Assembly: GCA_963803435.1 (NCBI GenBank)
Contig: CAWDML010000001.1
Span: 2,816,001-2,880,000, forward strand
Direction: 5' to 3'
Source: an uncultured delta proteobacterium
GTDB taxonomy: Bacteria > Myxococcota > Kuafuiibacteriia > Kuafuiibacteriales > Kuafuiibacteriaceae
Length of the DNA: 64,000 bases
In this document: piece by piece, positions 38,824 to 48,012 of the stretch
How the letters are laid out: every line of letters begins with the position of its first letter
Position numbering within the stretch: position 1 is the stretch's first letter
Position numbers and translations under genes: made by a program
Notes under the pieces: model-generated
Seen by the model: the letters and a program-made list of their open reading frames with translations, nothing else
The model's database searches: none
What the model was told of the DNA's origin: nothing

Positions 38824-38932
38824 AGAGCGATCTCCCGAGCCAACATCCTCCGTTGAACCCACGAGGAGACCTCTGCGGCAGCACCGCGATTTGTTTGGGG
38901 CCGGCTCGAGGTCCACGAACTCGAGGTCGGGC

Positions 38933-39622
38933 TCAGGCATCGGCCAGCTCGACGCGGAGCTGGCGCTTGATCTTGCTGATGATCTGGCTGACGCGCGACT
39001 GGGTCACGCCGAGCAGGTCGCCGATCTCCTGAAGAGTGAGCTCTTCCTTGTAATACAGCGACATGATGTTCTGCTCGCGCTCGGGCAGGCGGGCCAGGGC
39101 CTCTCCCAGGAGCTCCGCGCGCTCGCGGCGGATCAGGCTCTCCTCGATGTCCTCGGCCTCCTGCCAGCAGGACTCGACCGCCATCTCGCCGAGGAGCGAC
39201 GGATCGATCGCCTGCGGAGCTGCAGGAAGCTGAGCGGCGCGGCTGAGCTGCTGGACCGTGATGTTTGCGCCCGCGGCGATCGAAGCGTCGTCCGCGGGTC
39301 GGCCGGTCTCACGCTCGATGGCCTCGCGGGTCTCGGCGACCGAGCGGACACGACGGCGCTGGCGGCGGGTCAGGTGGTCCAGACCGCGCAGCTCATCCTG
39401 CACCGCGCCCCGAACACGGATACGCGCGTACGTCTCGAAGGGGACGCCCTTGGTCGGGTCGAAGCCTTCGAACGCCTGGAGCAGCCCGAGCATCGCCGCC
39501 GCCTCGAGCGCCTCGCCCTCGACCATCGACGGCACGCGGCCCTTCACGCTTCGAACGACGCCTTTGAGCATCGGGAGGTAGGCAAGAATCTCGGAATCGG
39601 CTCGGCGCGTTGCGGTCAGCAT
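38933..39622 (-). CDS. fliA: FliA/WhiG (sigma28) family sigma factor
   Basis: FDPTKGVPFETYARIRVRGAVQDELRGLD, YYKEELTLQEIGDLLGVTQSRVSQI. Confidence 0.88.
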   Translation of the reverse strand: MLTATRRADSEILAYLPMLKGVVRSVKGRVPSMVEGEALEAAAMLGLLQAFEGFDPTKGVPFETYARIRVRGAVQDELRGLDHLTRRQRRRVRSVAETREAIERETGRPADDASIAAGANITVQQLSRAAQLPAAPQAIDPSLLGEMAVESCWQEAEDIEESLIRRERAELLGEALARLPEREQNIMSLYYKEELTLQEIGDLLGVTQSRVSQIISKIKRQLRVELADA

Positions 39623-39634
39623 GCGCGTCCTATG

Positions 39635-39650
39635 AGCACGGGTCGTGCCA
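39635..39650 (-). promoter_or_regulatory. sigma54 promoter upstream of fliA-like gene
   Basis: Minus strand TGGCACG-ACCC-GTGCT, exact GG-N10-GC. Confidence 0.7.
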
Positions 39651-39690
39651 TTCAGAGACACGGGCGTCTCACACGAAAACGGCGGCGACT

Positions 39691-39824
39691 GTCAAAATCA
39701 CGACGCGCGCAGCCTCCGGACCTCGCGCGCGTCTCCAAGTGAAACGAGCCGGAATGGCCTCTCTCGGCGTCTCTCGGAGGCGTCGAAACTTTGACCGCTC
39801 GCCGGGGGGTGCCAAAGGTTCGAC
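39691..39824. promoter_or_regulatory. Three 14-bp GTC-N8-GAC-like boxes (candidate enhancer-binding-protein sites)
   Basis: GTCAAAATCACGAC (39691), GTCGAAACTTTGAC (39782), GCCAAAGGTTCGAC (39811). Confidence 0.5.
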
Positions 39825-39850
39825 ACCTTCTTCGGGTAGACTCGGCGGGC

Positions 39851-41882
39851 TTGGCTCGGTCGCGGCCGCTCCTGCTGCTCGTCGCTCTGTGGGGATGCGG
39901 CCGGACCCCCTCGATCCAGATCCTGTTTCCCAACGGATCCGCGATGGCCGGCGCGGCGCGCCTGAGGATCGAGATCCACGATCCCGCCAGCACCGGCGCC
40001 AGCGGGTGCTCGACCTTCGCGGAGCAGCTCGCGGAGGGAAAGCCGCTGCTCGGCAACGCCTCCAAGGTCGCAGACGTTTCGCTCCCCTTCGACGACGTCG
40101 ACCTCACCGACGTTCCCGTGGGACCGCAGCTGGTCTACGCCTTCGCCTTCTCGAACCCGGCCCTCGACACGCCCGCGTTCCTGGCGGGCTGCAACAATCG
40201 CTACGACTCGAGCGCGAGGGACGAGGTCGACGTCGTCCTCCGGCATATCCCGTATCCCTCCCTCCGGATCCGCGCAGCCGGCGGCGATCGTCAGGTCGGC
40301 CTTCCGGGCGAACGACTGCCCGATCCGTTGCTCGTGCGCGCAGAGGCGGCGCCGAACGGACGGGTCATCCCGTCCCCCGGGCTCGAGGTGGTGTTCACCA
40401 CCGATCGACCGTTCTCCCTCGGCGAGGGGACCATCGAGGAGCGAACCGAGGCGGGCGTCGACGGCCTCGCCGCCGTCCAGGTGACGCTGCCGCTCGATCC
40501 TCAGGTGGGGATCGGTCCGCGCCTCCACGCCCTTGATCGAGAACCTCGAGGTCAGCTTCACCGCGAGCGCCCTCGAGGACCTCCCGCTGCGACTTCGCAC
40601 AATCGACGTCGACTTCGACGCCGCCCCGGTCGCGCTCGCCGCCGGAGACCTCGACGGAAGCGGCGTGGAGCTGATCGCGCTCGGATCCGCCGGCGGCTCG
40701 ACACGCTTGTTGGTGGCCTCCCGCCCGCTGGTGAGCCCGTCGCTGCGCCCGGTGGCGGATGAGCTCGGCGTCGCCCCAATCGGCGTGGCCGTGGTGGGCT
40801 CGCGGATCGCCCTCGCCAACGGGCACGCGGCGGCGAGCGAGCGCGCCGAGGTCCGACTCCTGGACCTCGCCGGAGACACCGTCGAGCTCGCCGCTGCGTA
40901 CACGCTCACCGCCTCCAACGCGATCGCCATGGCCGCCCTCCCGCGGACGAGCCAGATCGCGGTCGCGGCCGCCGGACGCCGCAGAAACGACCGCACCTGC
41001 ACCGGCGGGTGTGATTGCCCGCCGGACGAGTACTGCGCACCGGGAGGTGTCTGCGTCGCGAACGATGGCGTGGCGGTGGTCGTGACCATCAATCCGGGCG
41101 GGCCCCAACCCTTGACGGAGGTGGGGCGCTGCGAGCACCCCGAACCGACCTGCGGCGACAGCGACTGCTGTCTCGACAGCGTGCTCGGCGGATGCGACAT
41201 CGACGATTGCGGCTGCCGGGTACCGCATCGCTCGCGATTGGGGAGCTGGCGCGGTCCGCTCGATCCGCGCGGGCTCGCCGCGACCTCGTTCCGCGGGACC
41301 CAGGTCGGCCTCCTGATCCCCACCGCCGAGGGCCTGCACCGGCTCGAGCCCACCTCGACCGGGTTCCGCGACACGGGCGCGTTCCTGCTCACCCCCAACG
41401 CCCTCGAGATGATCGGCCAGGACTTCGACACGGGCCTCGACGGCAACAGCGACGTCCTCTGGATCGAGGACGCGGCCTGCACCCACGGGAGCTCGATCGA
41501 CGCGGCCTGTCCGGTCGCAGGTGAGGTCGCCGACGCGGCCGGCTGCCTGGGCCTGCGCCTGACCGAGCTGAGCGGGTTCGAGGTCGACCTGAATCCACCC
41601 GAGGTGGGAGCGTGCCGTCGCGTGCCGCTCTCCTTCGTCCCCGGTGCAATCTGTGTTGCGCAGCTCGACCCCGGCCTGGCGCCCGACCTGGTGCTCACGG
41701 CGCCGGCCGAGCGTCGCGTCTACGTCTTCGCGGGCGACGGCAAGGGGGGCCTTCTGCGGCCGGCGCCGTTCGACGTCGCGGGCGGGCCCCTCGTCTGCGC
41801 CGACTTCGACGGTGACGGGCTGGACGAGATCGTGGTCGCGGACGAGTCCGTCCCGGGCCGATTCCACTTTCTGTCGCGCTGA
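39851..41882 (+). CDS. Lipoprotein with Ig-like and FG-GAP/VCBS repeats (+1 frameshift near 40510)
   Basis: Lipobox LWGC, GGDRQVG.PG..LPDPL.V Ig-like start, AGDLDGSG and ADFDGDGLDEIVV repeats, Cys-rich inserts. ORFs 39791-40762 and 40533-41882 join on removing one base. Confidence 0.7.
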
Positions 41883-41933
41883 GCGGCCGATGCCCGACGC
41901 GAGGGTGGCCGAACCGGGTAGACTGCCGCCGAC

Positions 41934-42752
41934 ATGCGCTGGCCACTCGGCGTCCTGCTGCTCTTGACGACCGCCTGCGACGGTCCCCGGCCGCCCTCGA
42001 GCGTGCACCCCCGCGACGTGGGGCCGCGCGTCGACGCCGGCGATCTCGCCGACGCCGGCGAGCGGAAAGACAGCGGCACGATGGACGGCGCCTCGCCCGG
42101 GGATGCGGGATCATTCGACGACGCCGAGCCGGCCGACGGAGAGACGAGGGACGCCGCCCCAGCAGACGCTGCGACGCCCGACGCCGGCGGCCCGACGGAC
42201 TCCGGATTGCCGCCGCTGTGCTACCAGACCTGCGCGCAGCCGAGCGACTGCGCCAGCGCGAGCAACGCGCTGCTGGACGCCGACAACTACCTCTGCAACG
42301 CGGGCGCCTGCGAGTACCGGGGCTGTTTGAGCGCGGACGAGTGCACCTCGGTCTACGGCCCGGGCTACGTCTGCGTGCAGCAGCCGGGCTACACGATCCC
42401 GGCTTGCGTCCTGGCGTGCACCACGCCCAGCGACTGCGCGCTGCAGAACGTCCTCTTCGACGCCGACAACTACGCCTGCGTCCTCGGGGGCTGCCAGTGG
42501 CTGGGCTGCAACTCGGCCCAAGAGTGCCAGACGGTGTTCAACGATCCGAGCTACGTCTGCGAGCCGCAAGCCGGCTTGCAGTTCAACAATTGCGTCCGCC
42601 CCTGCGCCGACGTCAGCGAGTGCGTCGCCGGCCTCCCTGCGTACGACAGCGACAACTACGCCTGCACGGGCGCACGCTGTCGATACCTCGGCTGCAACGA
42701 CAGCGCCGAGTGCCAGGGCTCGTTCCAGACAGGTGCTTGGGAGTGCCGGTAA
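41934..42752 (+). CDS. Cys-rich repeat lipoprotein
   Basis: Lipobox TTAC, DAG-rich linker, three units of C-x4-[DE]C...DxDNYxC..xC.[YW].GC....EC. Confidence 0.8.
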   Translation: MRWPLGVLLLLTTACDGPRPPSSVHPRDVGPRVDAGDLADAGERKDSGTMDGASPGDAGSFDDAEPADGETRDAAPADAATPDAGGPTDSGLPPLCYQTCAQPSDCASASNALLDADNYLCNAGACEYRGCLSADECTSVYGPGYVCVQQPGYTIPACVLACTTPSDCALQNVLFDADNYACVLGGCQWLGCNSAQECQTVFNDPSYVCEPQAGLQFNNCVRPCADVSECVAGLPAYDSDNYACTGARCRYLGCNDSAECQGSFQTGAWECR

Positions 42753-42780
42753 AAAGATGATATCGGTTCGGGCGCGGGCG

Positions 42781-43809
42781 ATGCGCGTCTTCCTCGTCAT
42801 GGCGGCGCTGGCTGCGGCCTGCCAAACGAATCCGCACCTCGGTCCACCCCCGAAGAAGCTCATCCCTCTGCCGGCCGTGGTGAAGGGCGCGGACGTTCGT
42901 CCGGTCGGCGATCATCGCCGGGGCTACGGGACCACGGCGGCGCGACAGACGATGGAGCGCTTGAAGAAGCTCGGCGCCAACACGATCGGCATCCTGATGG
43001 AAGGCCGCATGGACGACCTCTCCGCCGTCGACGTGCTCGCCCCGCCGAAGCGCGAGCAAGAGGCGATCGCGGCGGCGCTCCTCGACGCCAACGCCCTGGG
43101 CCTGGCCACGGTCCTCGTGCCGCACATCTACCTGAACGACGGCTCCTGGCGCGGGAACATCCAGCTCACCGATCCCGCCGCGCGCGAGGCCTGGTGGCGG
43201 TCCTACACGCGCTTCATGGACGTGGCCTCGGCGATCGCCGCGGGCGGCGGTGCCTCGATGCTCTCGATCGGTGTGGAGCTCAAAGGCCTGTCGAGCGACG
43301 TCGACACCCGCGAGCGGATGCGGGCCCTGGCGGAGCGAGTGCGCCGGGACTACTCGGGCCTCCTCACCTACAGCGCGAACTGGGACGAGGCCGAGGAGGT
43401 CGCGTTCTGGGATGTGGTCGACGTCGCCGGCGTCAACGGCTACTACCCGCTCGAGCCCGAGCCCCACCGGGGCGCCGAGAGGATCGCGCGCCGGCTCTCG
43501 GCCCTGGCGATGGAGGCCCGGCGGCCGGTGGTCGTCCTCGAGGTCGGCTTTCGCTCGAGCCCGCTGTCTTATCTGCGCCCGTGGGAGTGGCCCGATCACC
43601 TGGACCCGGTCGTCGACGACGCCTCGCAGGCGATCGCATGGGCCGCGGTGCTCACGCACTGGTTCGCTGCGCCCGGCGTGCGCGGGTTGATGGTGTGGGT
43701 GGTTCCGACCGATCCCGATGATCCGGCCTCCGAGCCGCGCCACGGCTTCAGCCCGCTCAACAAGCCGGCTGAGCAGGTCATCGCCCGCGTCTACTCATCG
43801 TACCGATGA
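42781..43809 (+). CDS. Glycoside hydrolase family 113-like lipoprotein
   Basis: WRG.I, SIGVEL, TYSANWDE, FWD.VD..GVNGYYPL, EVGFRS, FSPLNKPAE. Confidence 0.8.
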   Translation: MRVFLVMAALAAACQTNPHLGPPPKKLIPLPAVVKGADVRPVGDHRRGYGTTAARQTMERLKKLGANTIGILMEGRMDDLSAVDVLAPPKREQEAIAAALLDANALGLATVLVPHIYLNDGSWRGNIQLTDPAAREAWWRSYTRFMDVASAIAAGGGASMLSIGVELKGLSSDVDTRERMRALAERVRRDYSGLLTYSANWDEAEEVAFWDVVDVAGVNGYYPLEPEPHRGAERIARRLSALAMEARRPVVVLEVGFRSSPLSYLRPWEWPDHLDPVVDDASQAIAWAAVLTHWFAAPGVRGLMVWVVPTDPDDPASEPRHGFSPLNKPAEQVIARVYSSYR

Positions 43810-45050
43810 TCGTGCTCTTCCCGCTTCTCTGCGCGCTGGCGGTCCCGCCTCGGATCGCGGTCACCCTCCGCGATCCCTCGGTGAACCTGCCGAAGCTGCG
43901 GCCGTTGCTCGAGTGGGTCGGACGCGCGGAGCCATCCCTCGCGCCGGACCGGCTCGAGCGCTGGGCCGGGAGCCGGCTGGGCCAGGCGAAGCTGTTCGAC
44001 CCGGCGACGTTGAAGGCGCTCGGCCTGGACCCCAAGGCTCCGATCCGGGTCCTGCTGCCAGAGACGCGCGGTCCGCTGATCCTCGAGCTCTCCGTCGCGG
44101 AGCCCTCGCGGGTGGACGCGCTGATCGGCGCGCTGCCCGGCGCCAAGCCGGTGGCTTCGACCAAGGCCGTGATCCTGCAGAGGGCCGGAGCGCGCCCACT
44201 CCTGGTGACCCGGATCGATCGCCGCCTGATCGTCCAGGAGGTCGTCGATCCGACGCGCGCCGCCGTCGAGCTTCGCGAGGGCGAGGCGACCGATCGCGCC
44301 AAGCCGAAGGGACGTGCACCGCTGGTGATCCAGATCCGCGATCTCGAACCGATCGAGCAGGCGCAGATCGACGTCGACCTCGCGCCCAACGCGATCGAGG
44401 CGAAGGCGCGCGCGCGGCTCTCGCTGGCAGCGCGGATGATCGCCGGCGATCTCCTGGGCGGCCGTCCCGCCCGGCGCTACCTCCGGGCGCTCGAGGGGAT
44501 CGCGGAGCTCTCCGGCACCGCCGGCCCCGGCGCGCTCCGTGAGGCCCTGATCGAGGCGGGGATGCCCGCCGCTGAGGCCGATGACGCCCGCAAGCTGCTG
44601 TCCGGCGAGCACGCCGTCTCCCTGACCCAGGACGGGATCCTCGCCGGTGTGGTTCGGCTCTCGGGATCCGCCTCGACGAAGGCGGTGGCCGCGCTCTCCG
44701 AGCGGCTCCAGCGGCTGCAACCGGGCCTGCAGGTTCAAAGGGCCGGCAGCTTCCTCCTGGGATGGTTTCCCGGTGCGGACCCTGCGCGGGGTGTCGCGCT
44801 CTCGGCCGAGCAGCTCGAGGCCGCACCTCGGGCGGAGGGCCCGCTCCAGCTGCAGCTGAGCCCGGGCTCGCTCTTGCCCGCGCTCCGCCGGCGGGCGCGC
44901 ACGCGCTCGGGACCCGTCGTCCCCATCGTCCCGCTCATCCTGTTCGAAACGTTGTATGAGGGCTTGCTGCGGAACACATCATCGGTTCGGCTGGTTGCGA
45001 CGGAGGGTCGAGGTGAGGCTCGACTGACTGTGAACGTCGAGTATCGATGA
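43806..45050 (+). CDS. Hypothetical exported protein
   Basis: 414-aa ORF with signal-like N-terminus and ATGA overlap with the GH gene. Confidence 0.65.
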   Translation: MIVLFPLLCALAVPPRIAVTLRDPSVNLPKLRPLLEWVGRAEPSLAPDRLERWAGSRLGQAKLFDPATLKALGLDPKAPIRVLLPETRGPLILELSVAEPSRVDALIGALPGAKPVASTKAVILQRAGARPLLVTRIDRRLIVQEVVDPTRAAVELREGEATDRAKPKGRAPLVIQIRDLEPIEQAQIDVDLAPNAIEAKARARLSLAARMIAGDLLGGRPARRYLRALEGIAELSGTAGPGALREALIEAGMPAAEADDARKLLSGEHAVSLTQDGILAGVVRLSGSASTKAVAALSERLQRLQPGLQVQRAGSFLLGWFPGADPARGVALSAEQLEAAPRAEGPLQLQLSPGSLLPALRRRARTRSGPVVPIVPLILFETLYEGLLRNTSSVRLVATEGRGEARLTVNVEYR

Positions 45051-45126
45051 CCGCGGTCACCCGCTGTTTTTGGGTATCACTTTTTCTTTCTGGCGGGGTC
45101 ATCTGGTCGCCGCTGGAGGAGGTCTG

Positions 45127-45780
45127 ATGGAACGTACGCAAGGGCTGGTGGGGGCGCTGCTCGGGCTCCCCATCTTCGAAGCCGAATGGGTCCTCTGGTT
45201 GCTGATCGGACTCTCGGTGGTCTCGGTGGCGATCATGGTCGAGCGCTTCCTCTTCTACCGCCGGCACGCCGTCGACAGCGATGCGATCCGCCTGGAGCTC
45301 AACCGGCTCCTGGACTGCGGCGACTTCCACGCGGCCGCCGAGTATCTCGCTCGGTTCGACAGCCTGGAGACGAACATCGTGCTGTTCGGGCTTCGCGAGT
45401 ACGAGAAAGGCCCCGACTCGGTGGAAGATCTCCTCCAGGGCGCCGAGACGAAGGAGCGGTTGCGCTATGGTCGCAGGCTCAACTTCCTGGCCACCGTCGG
45501 CAGCAACGCGCCCTTCATCGGGCTGTTCGGGACGGTCCTCGGCATCATCCGCGCCTTCCACGATCTCTCGGCCAACATGGCCGACGCGAGCGGGAGCGTC
45601 ATGGCCGGCATCTCCGAGGCGCTGATCGCGACGGCGGTCGGCCTGCTGGTCGCGATCCCCGCCGTCGTCGCCTACAACGCGTTCATGGGCCAGGTGAAGG
45701 AGATCGCGGGCAACGCCGAGCTGCTGTCGCGGACGCTCCTCTCGCAGCTCAAGTCGGAGCGCGTGGGAAAGGGCGCCTGA
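45127..45780 (+). CDS. exbB: MotA/TolQ/ExbB proton channel
   Basis: LATVGSNAPFIGLFGTVLGII, GISEALIATAVGL. Confidence 0.92.
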   Translation: MERTQGLVGALLGLPIFEAEWVLWLLIGLSVVSVAIMVERFLFYRRHAVDSDAIRLELNRLLDCGDFHAAAEYLARFDSLETNIVLFGLREYEKGPDSVEDLLQGAETKERLRYGRRLNFLATVGSNAPFIGLFGTVLGIIRAFHDLSANMADASGSVMAGISEALIATAVGLLVAIPAVVAYNAFMGQVKEIAGNAELLSRTLLSQLKSERVGKGA

Positions 45781-45781
45781 C

Positions 45782-46213
45782 ATGGCCGGCGCCTCCAAGA
45801 GATCGGACGACGACGTCATCTCCGCGATCAACGTGACGCCGTTCGTCGACATCGCGCTGGTGCTGTTGATCATCCTGATGGTGACGTCGACGCACATCAT
45901 CAAGGCCTCCCTCAAGGTCGAGCTCCCGAAGGCGGCGAGCGGCGGCGAGGCGATCGAGTCGACGCTCAACATCGTGGTCACCAAGGACAGCGAGATCCTC
46001 CTCGACGGCAACCGGATCGACGAGGTCGCCCTGGCCTCCGCGGTGCGCGCCGAGAAGCAGAAGAATCCGAAGCTTCAGGCCGTGATCAGCGCCGACAAGG
46101 GCGTGCCGTACGGCGCCGTGGTCAACGTGATCGATCTGGTGAAGCTCAACGGAGTGAAGACGTTCGCCCTCAACATCGAGCGCAAGCCGCGGCGGGAGCT
46201 CGAGGGCGGATGA
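45782..46213 (+). CDS. exbD: ExbD/TolR
   Basis: INVTPFVDIALVLLIILMV, ADKGVPYG. Confidence 0.92.
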   Translation: MAGASKRSDDDVISAINVTPFVDIALVLLIILMVTSTHIIKASLKVELPKAASGGEAIESTLNIVVTKDSEILLDGNRIDEVALASAVRAEKQKNPKLQAVISADKGVPYGAVVNVIDLVKLNGVKTFALNIERKPRRELEGG

Positions 46214-47101
46214 GCCGGGCCGGTCACCGACGGCGGCGCGCGGTGATCGTGCGGGTGGTCCGTCCGATCTCCCTCGCGCTCAGGGCCCGGGATCCGCTCC
46301 TTCACGGTGACCAGAGCCGCGTGAAGGAAGGCGTTCTGGCGCTGGTGTTCGGGATCGCGGCCGTGGCCGTCCACGGCGCGGTGGTCGCGGCCGCGCTGGT
46401 GGCTGGCCACGCGCTCAGCCGTCCGGTCGGACACCCGATTCTCGGAGCCGATCGAGGTCGCCGTGATCGAGACGCCCCCGCCGCCGCCCGAGCCCGAGCC
46501 TGCCCTGGAGCCCACACCCGAGCCCGAGCCGGCGCCGAAGCCGAAGGCGCGACCCCGGCCGCCGCCGGCGGACCCGATCGATCTGCCGCCCGAGCCGACG
46601 CCGCCGCCGAAGCAGGATCCGCCGCGCCGGATCGTGGGCTTGAGCCTGGAGTCGACGACCGAGGGGGCCGGCGGTCCCAGCTTCGGCGTCGGCAACACAC
46701 GCATGGGGAAGACGGAGCGCATCGCGGAGGATCCGACGGAGGCGAAGCCCCTCGAGAAGCCGGCCCAGAAGATCCTCCCGGTGAACCGGGCGGCCACCCG
46801 CATCCCGACGGCCTCGCGCTCGGTGCTGGTGAAGCCGAAGCCGATCGGCGGCATGCGGGAAGCGCCCTTCCCCGACCTCTACAAGGCGCAGGGCCTGGAG
46901 GCGGACGTGACCGTGCGCGTCCGCATCGATCGCGAAGGGCGGGTCTCGGAGGCGGAGGTGGTCTCGGCGGCGGCCCAGCCCGAGTTCAACCGGGTCGCGA
47001 CGGCGACGGCGCGGGCGCAGCGCTTCGAGCCCGCGACCCGCGACGGCCAGGCGATCGAGTTCACGATCACCTTCACGTACCGCTTCCGACTGGTGGACTG
47101 A
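46210..47101 (+). CDS. tonB: TonB energy transducer (+1 frameshift near 46440)
   Basis: N-terminal TM with His (AVHG), EP/KP-rich linker, C-terminal TonB domain in the next frame. Confidence 0.82.
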
Positions 47102-47103
47102 CC

Positions 47104-48012
47104 ATGGATGGGCGAGCGTTCTCTTGGTTTCTCGGTGGATCGTTGATCCTGGCGGCCTGCGGCGGCGACTTCACGCCGTACAGCGAGATCGATCGCCTGC
47201 GGGTGCTGGCGGTCGGCGCCGATCGCCCGTGGCTCGAGCCGACGGAGACGGCGAGCATCTCGGCGCTGATCGTCCAGCCGCCGGACGCCGACGTGCCGCT
47301 CTCTTACCGGTGGTCCTGGTGTCCGCTCACCCTCGGCAACGCCAGCGGCTACGAGTGCGCCTTCACCGAGGCGGAGCTCCAGGAGCAGATCGACGGCGCG
47401 GTCGGACCGGGCGTGTTCCAGGTCCCGCCCTTCCAGCTCGGCGAGACCTCGACCGTGACGTTCGCCTATGACCTCTCGCCGCTCCTCTTCCGGGGCCTCT
47501 GCGACGCGATCTCGATGCAGGCGCTCCCCGACTTCGTCGAGGTCCCCGAATGCGACGGCACCTTCCCGATCTCGATCCGGCTCACGGTCGGCGACGGGGA
47601 GACGGAGGTGACCGCGATCCGCGAGCTCGTGCTGGTCTACGACGACGCCGTCACCGACGTGAACACGAACCCCCTGATCGGCGCGGTGCACGCCGACAGC
47701 GCCACCGTGGCGCTCGACGGCTCCACGCTGCTGGCTCGCGACACCGACGTGACGCTCAGCCTCGACATCCCGCCCGAGGCGATCGAGGAGGTCGACGGCG
47801 AGCCCGAGCACGTCGTGGTCACCTGGTTCGTCGACGCCGGCGAGGTCGACCACACCCGGACCTCCGAGACGCACGAGAACGTCTGGCACACGCCGCGTAC
47901 CCCCGACCATCCCGACTCGAGCGTGCGCCTGTTCTTCGTGGTGCGCGACGACCGCAAGGGCGTCTCCTGGATTGAGCGACGCGTGACGCTGAAGGAGGAC
48001 GAGACGCCATGA
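47104..48012 (+). CDS. Lipoprotein associated with TonB system
   Basis: MDGRAFSWFLGGSLILAAC lipobox, SEIDRLRVLAV, VVRDDRKGVSW. Confidence 0.75.
   Translation: MDGRAFSWFLGGSLILAACGGDFTPYSEIDRLRVLAVGADRPWLEPTETASISALIVQPPDADVPLSYRWSWCPLTLGNASGYECAFTEAELQEQIDGAVGPGVFQVPPFQLGETSTVTFAYDLSPLLFRGLCDAISMQALPDFVEVPECDGTFPISIRLTVGDGETEVTAIRELVLVYDDAVTDVNTNPLIGAVHADSATVALDGSTLLARDTDVTLSLDIPPEAIEEVDGEPEHVVVTWFVDAGEVDHTRTSETHENVWHTPRTPDHPDSSVRLFFVVRDDRKGVSWIERRVTLKEDETP

Noticed and set aside
45046-45126. AT-rich leader with GATGACC/GGTCATC arms before exbB as a riboswitch or Fur box
   Set aside because: No recognisable cobalamin riboswitch or Fur consensus, and the region is too short.
46210-48012. 600-aa ORF fusing TonB N-terminus to a lipoprotein
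   Set aside because: Frameshift artefact. tonB ends at 47101 and the lipoprotein starts at 47104.
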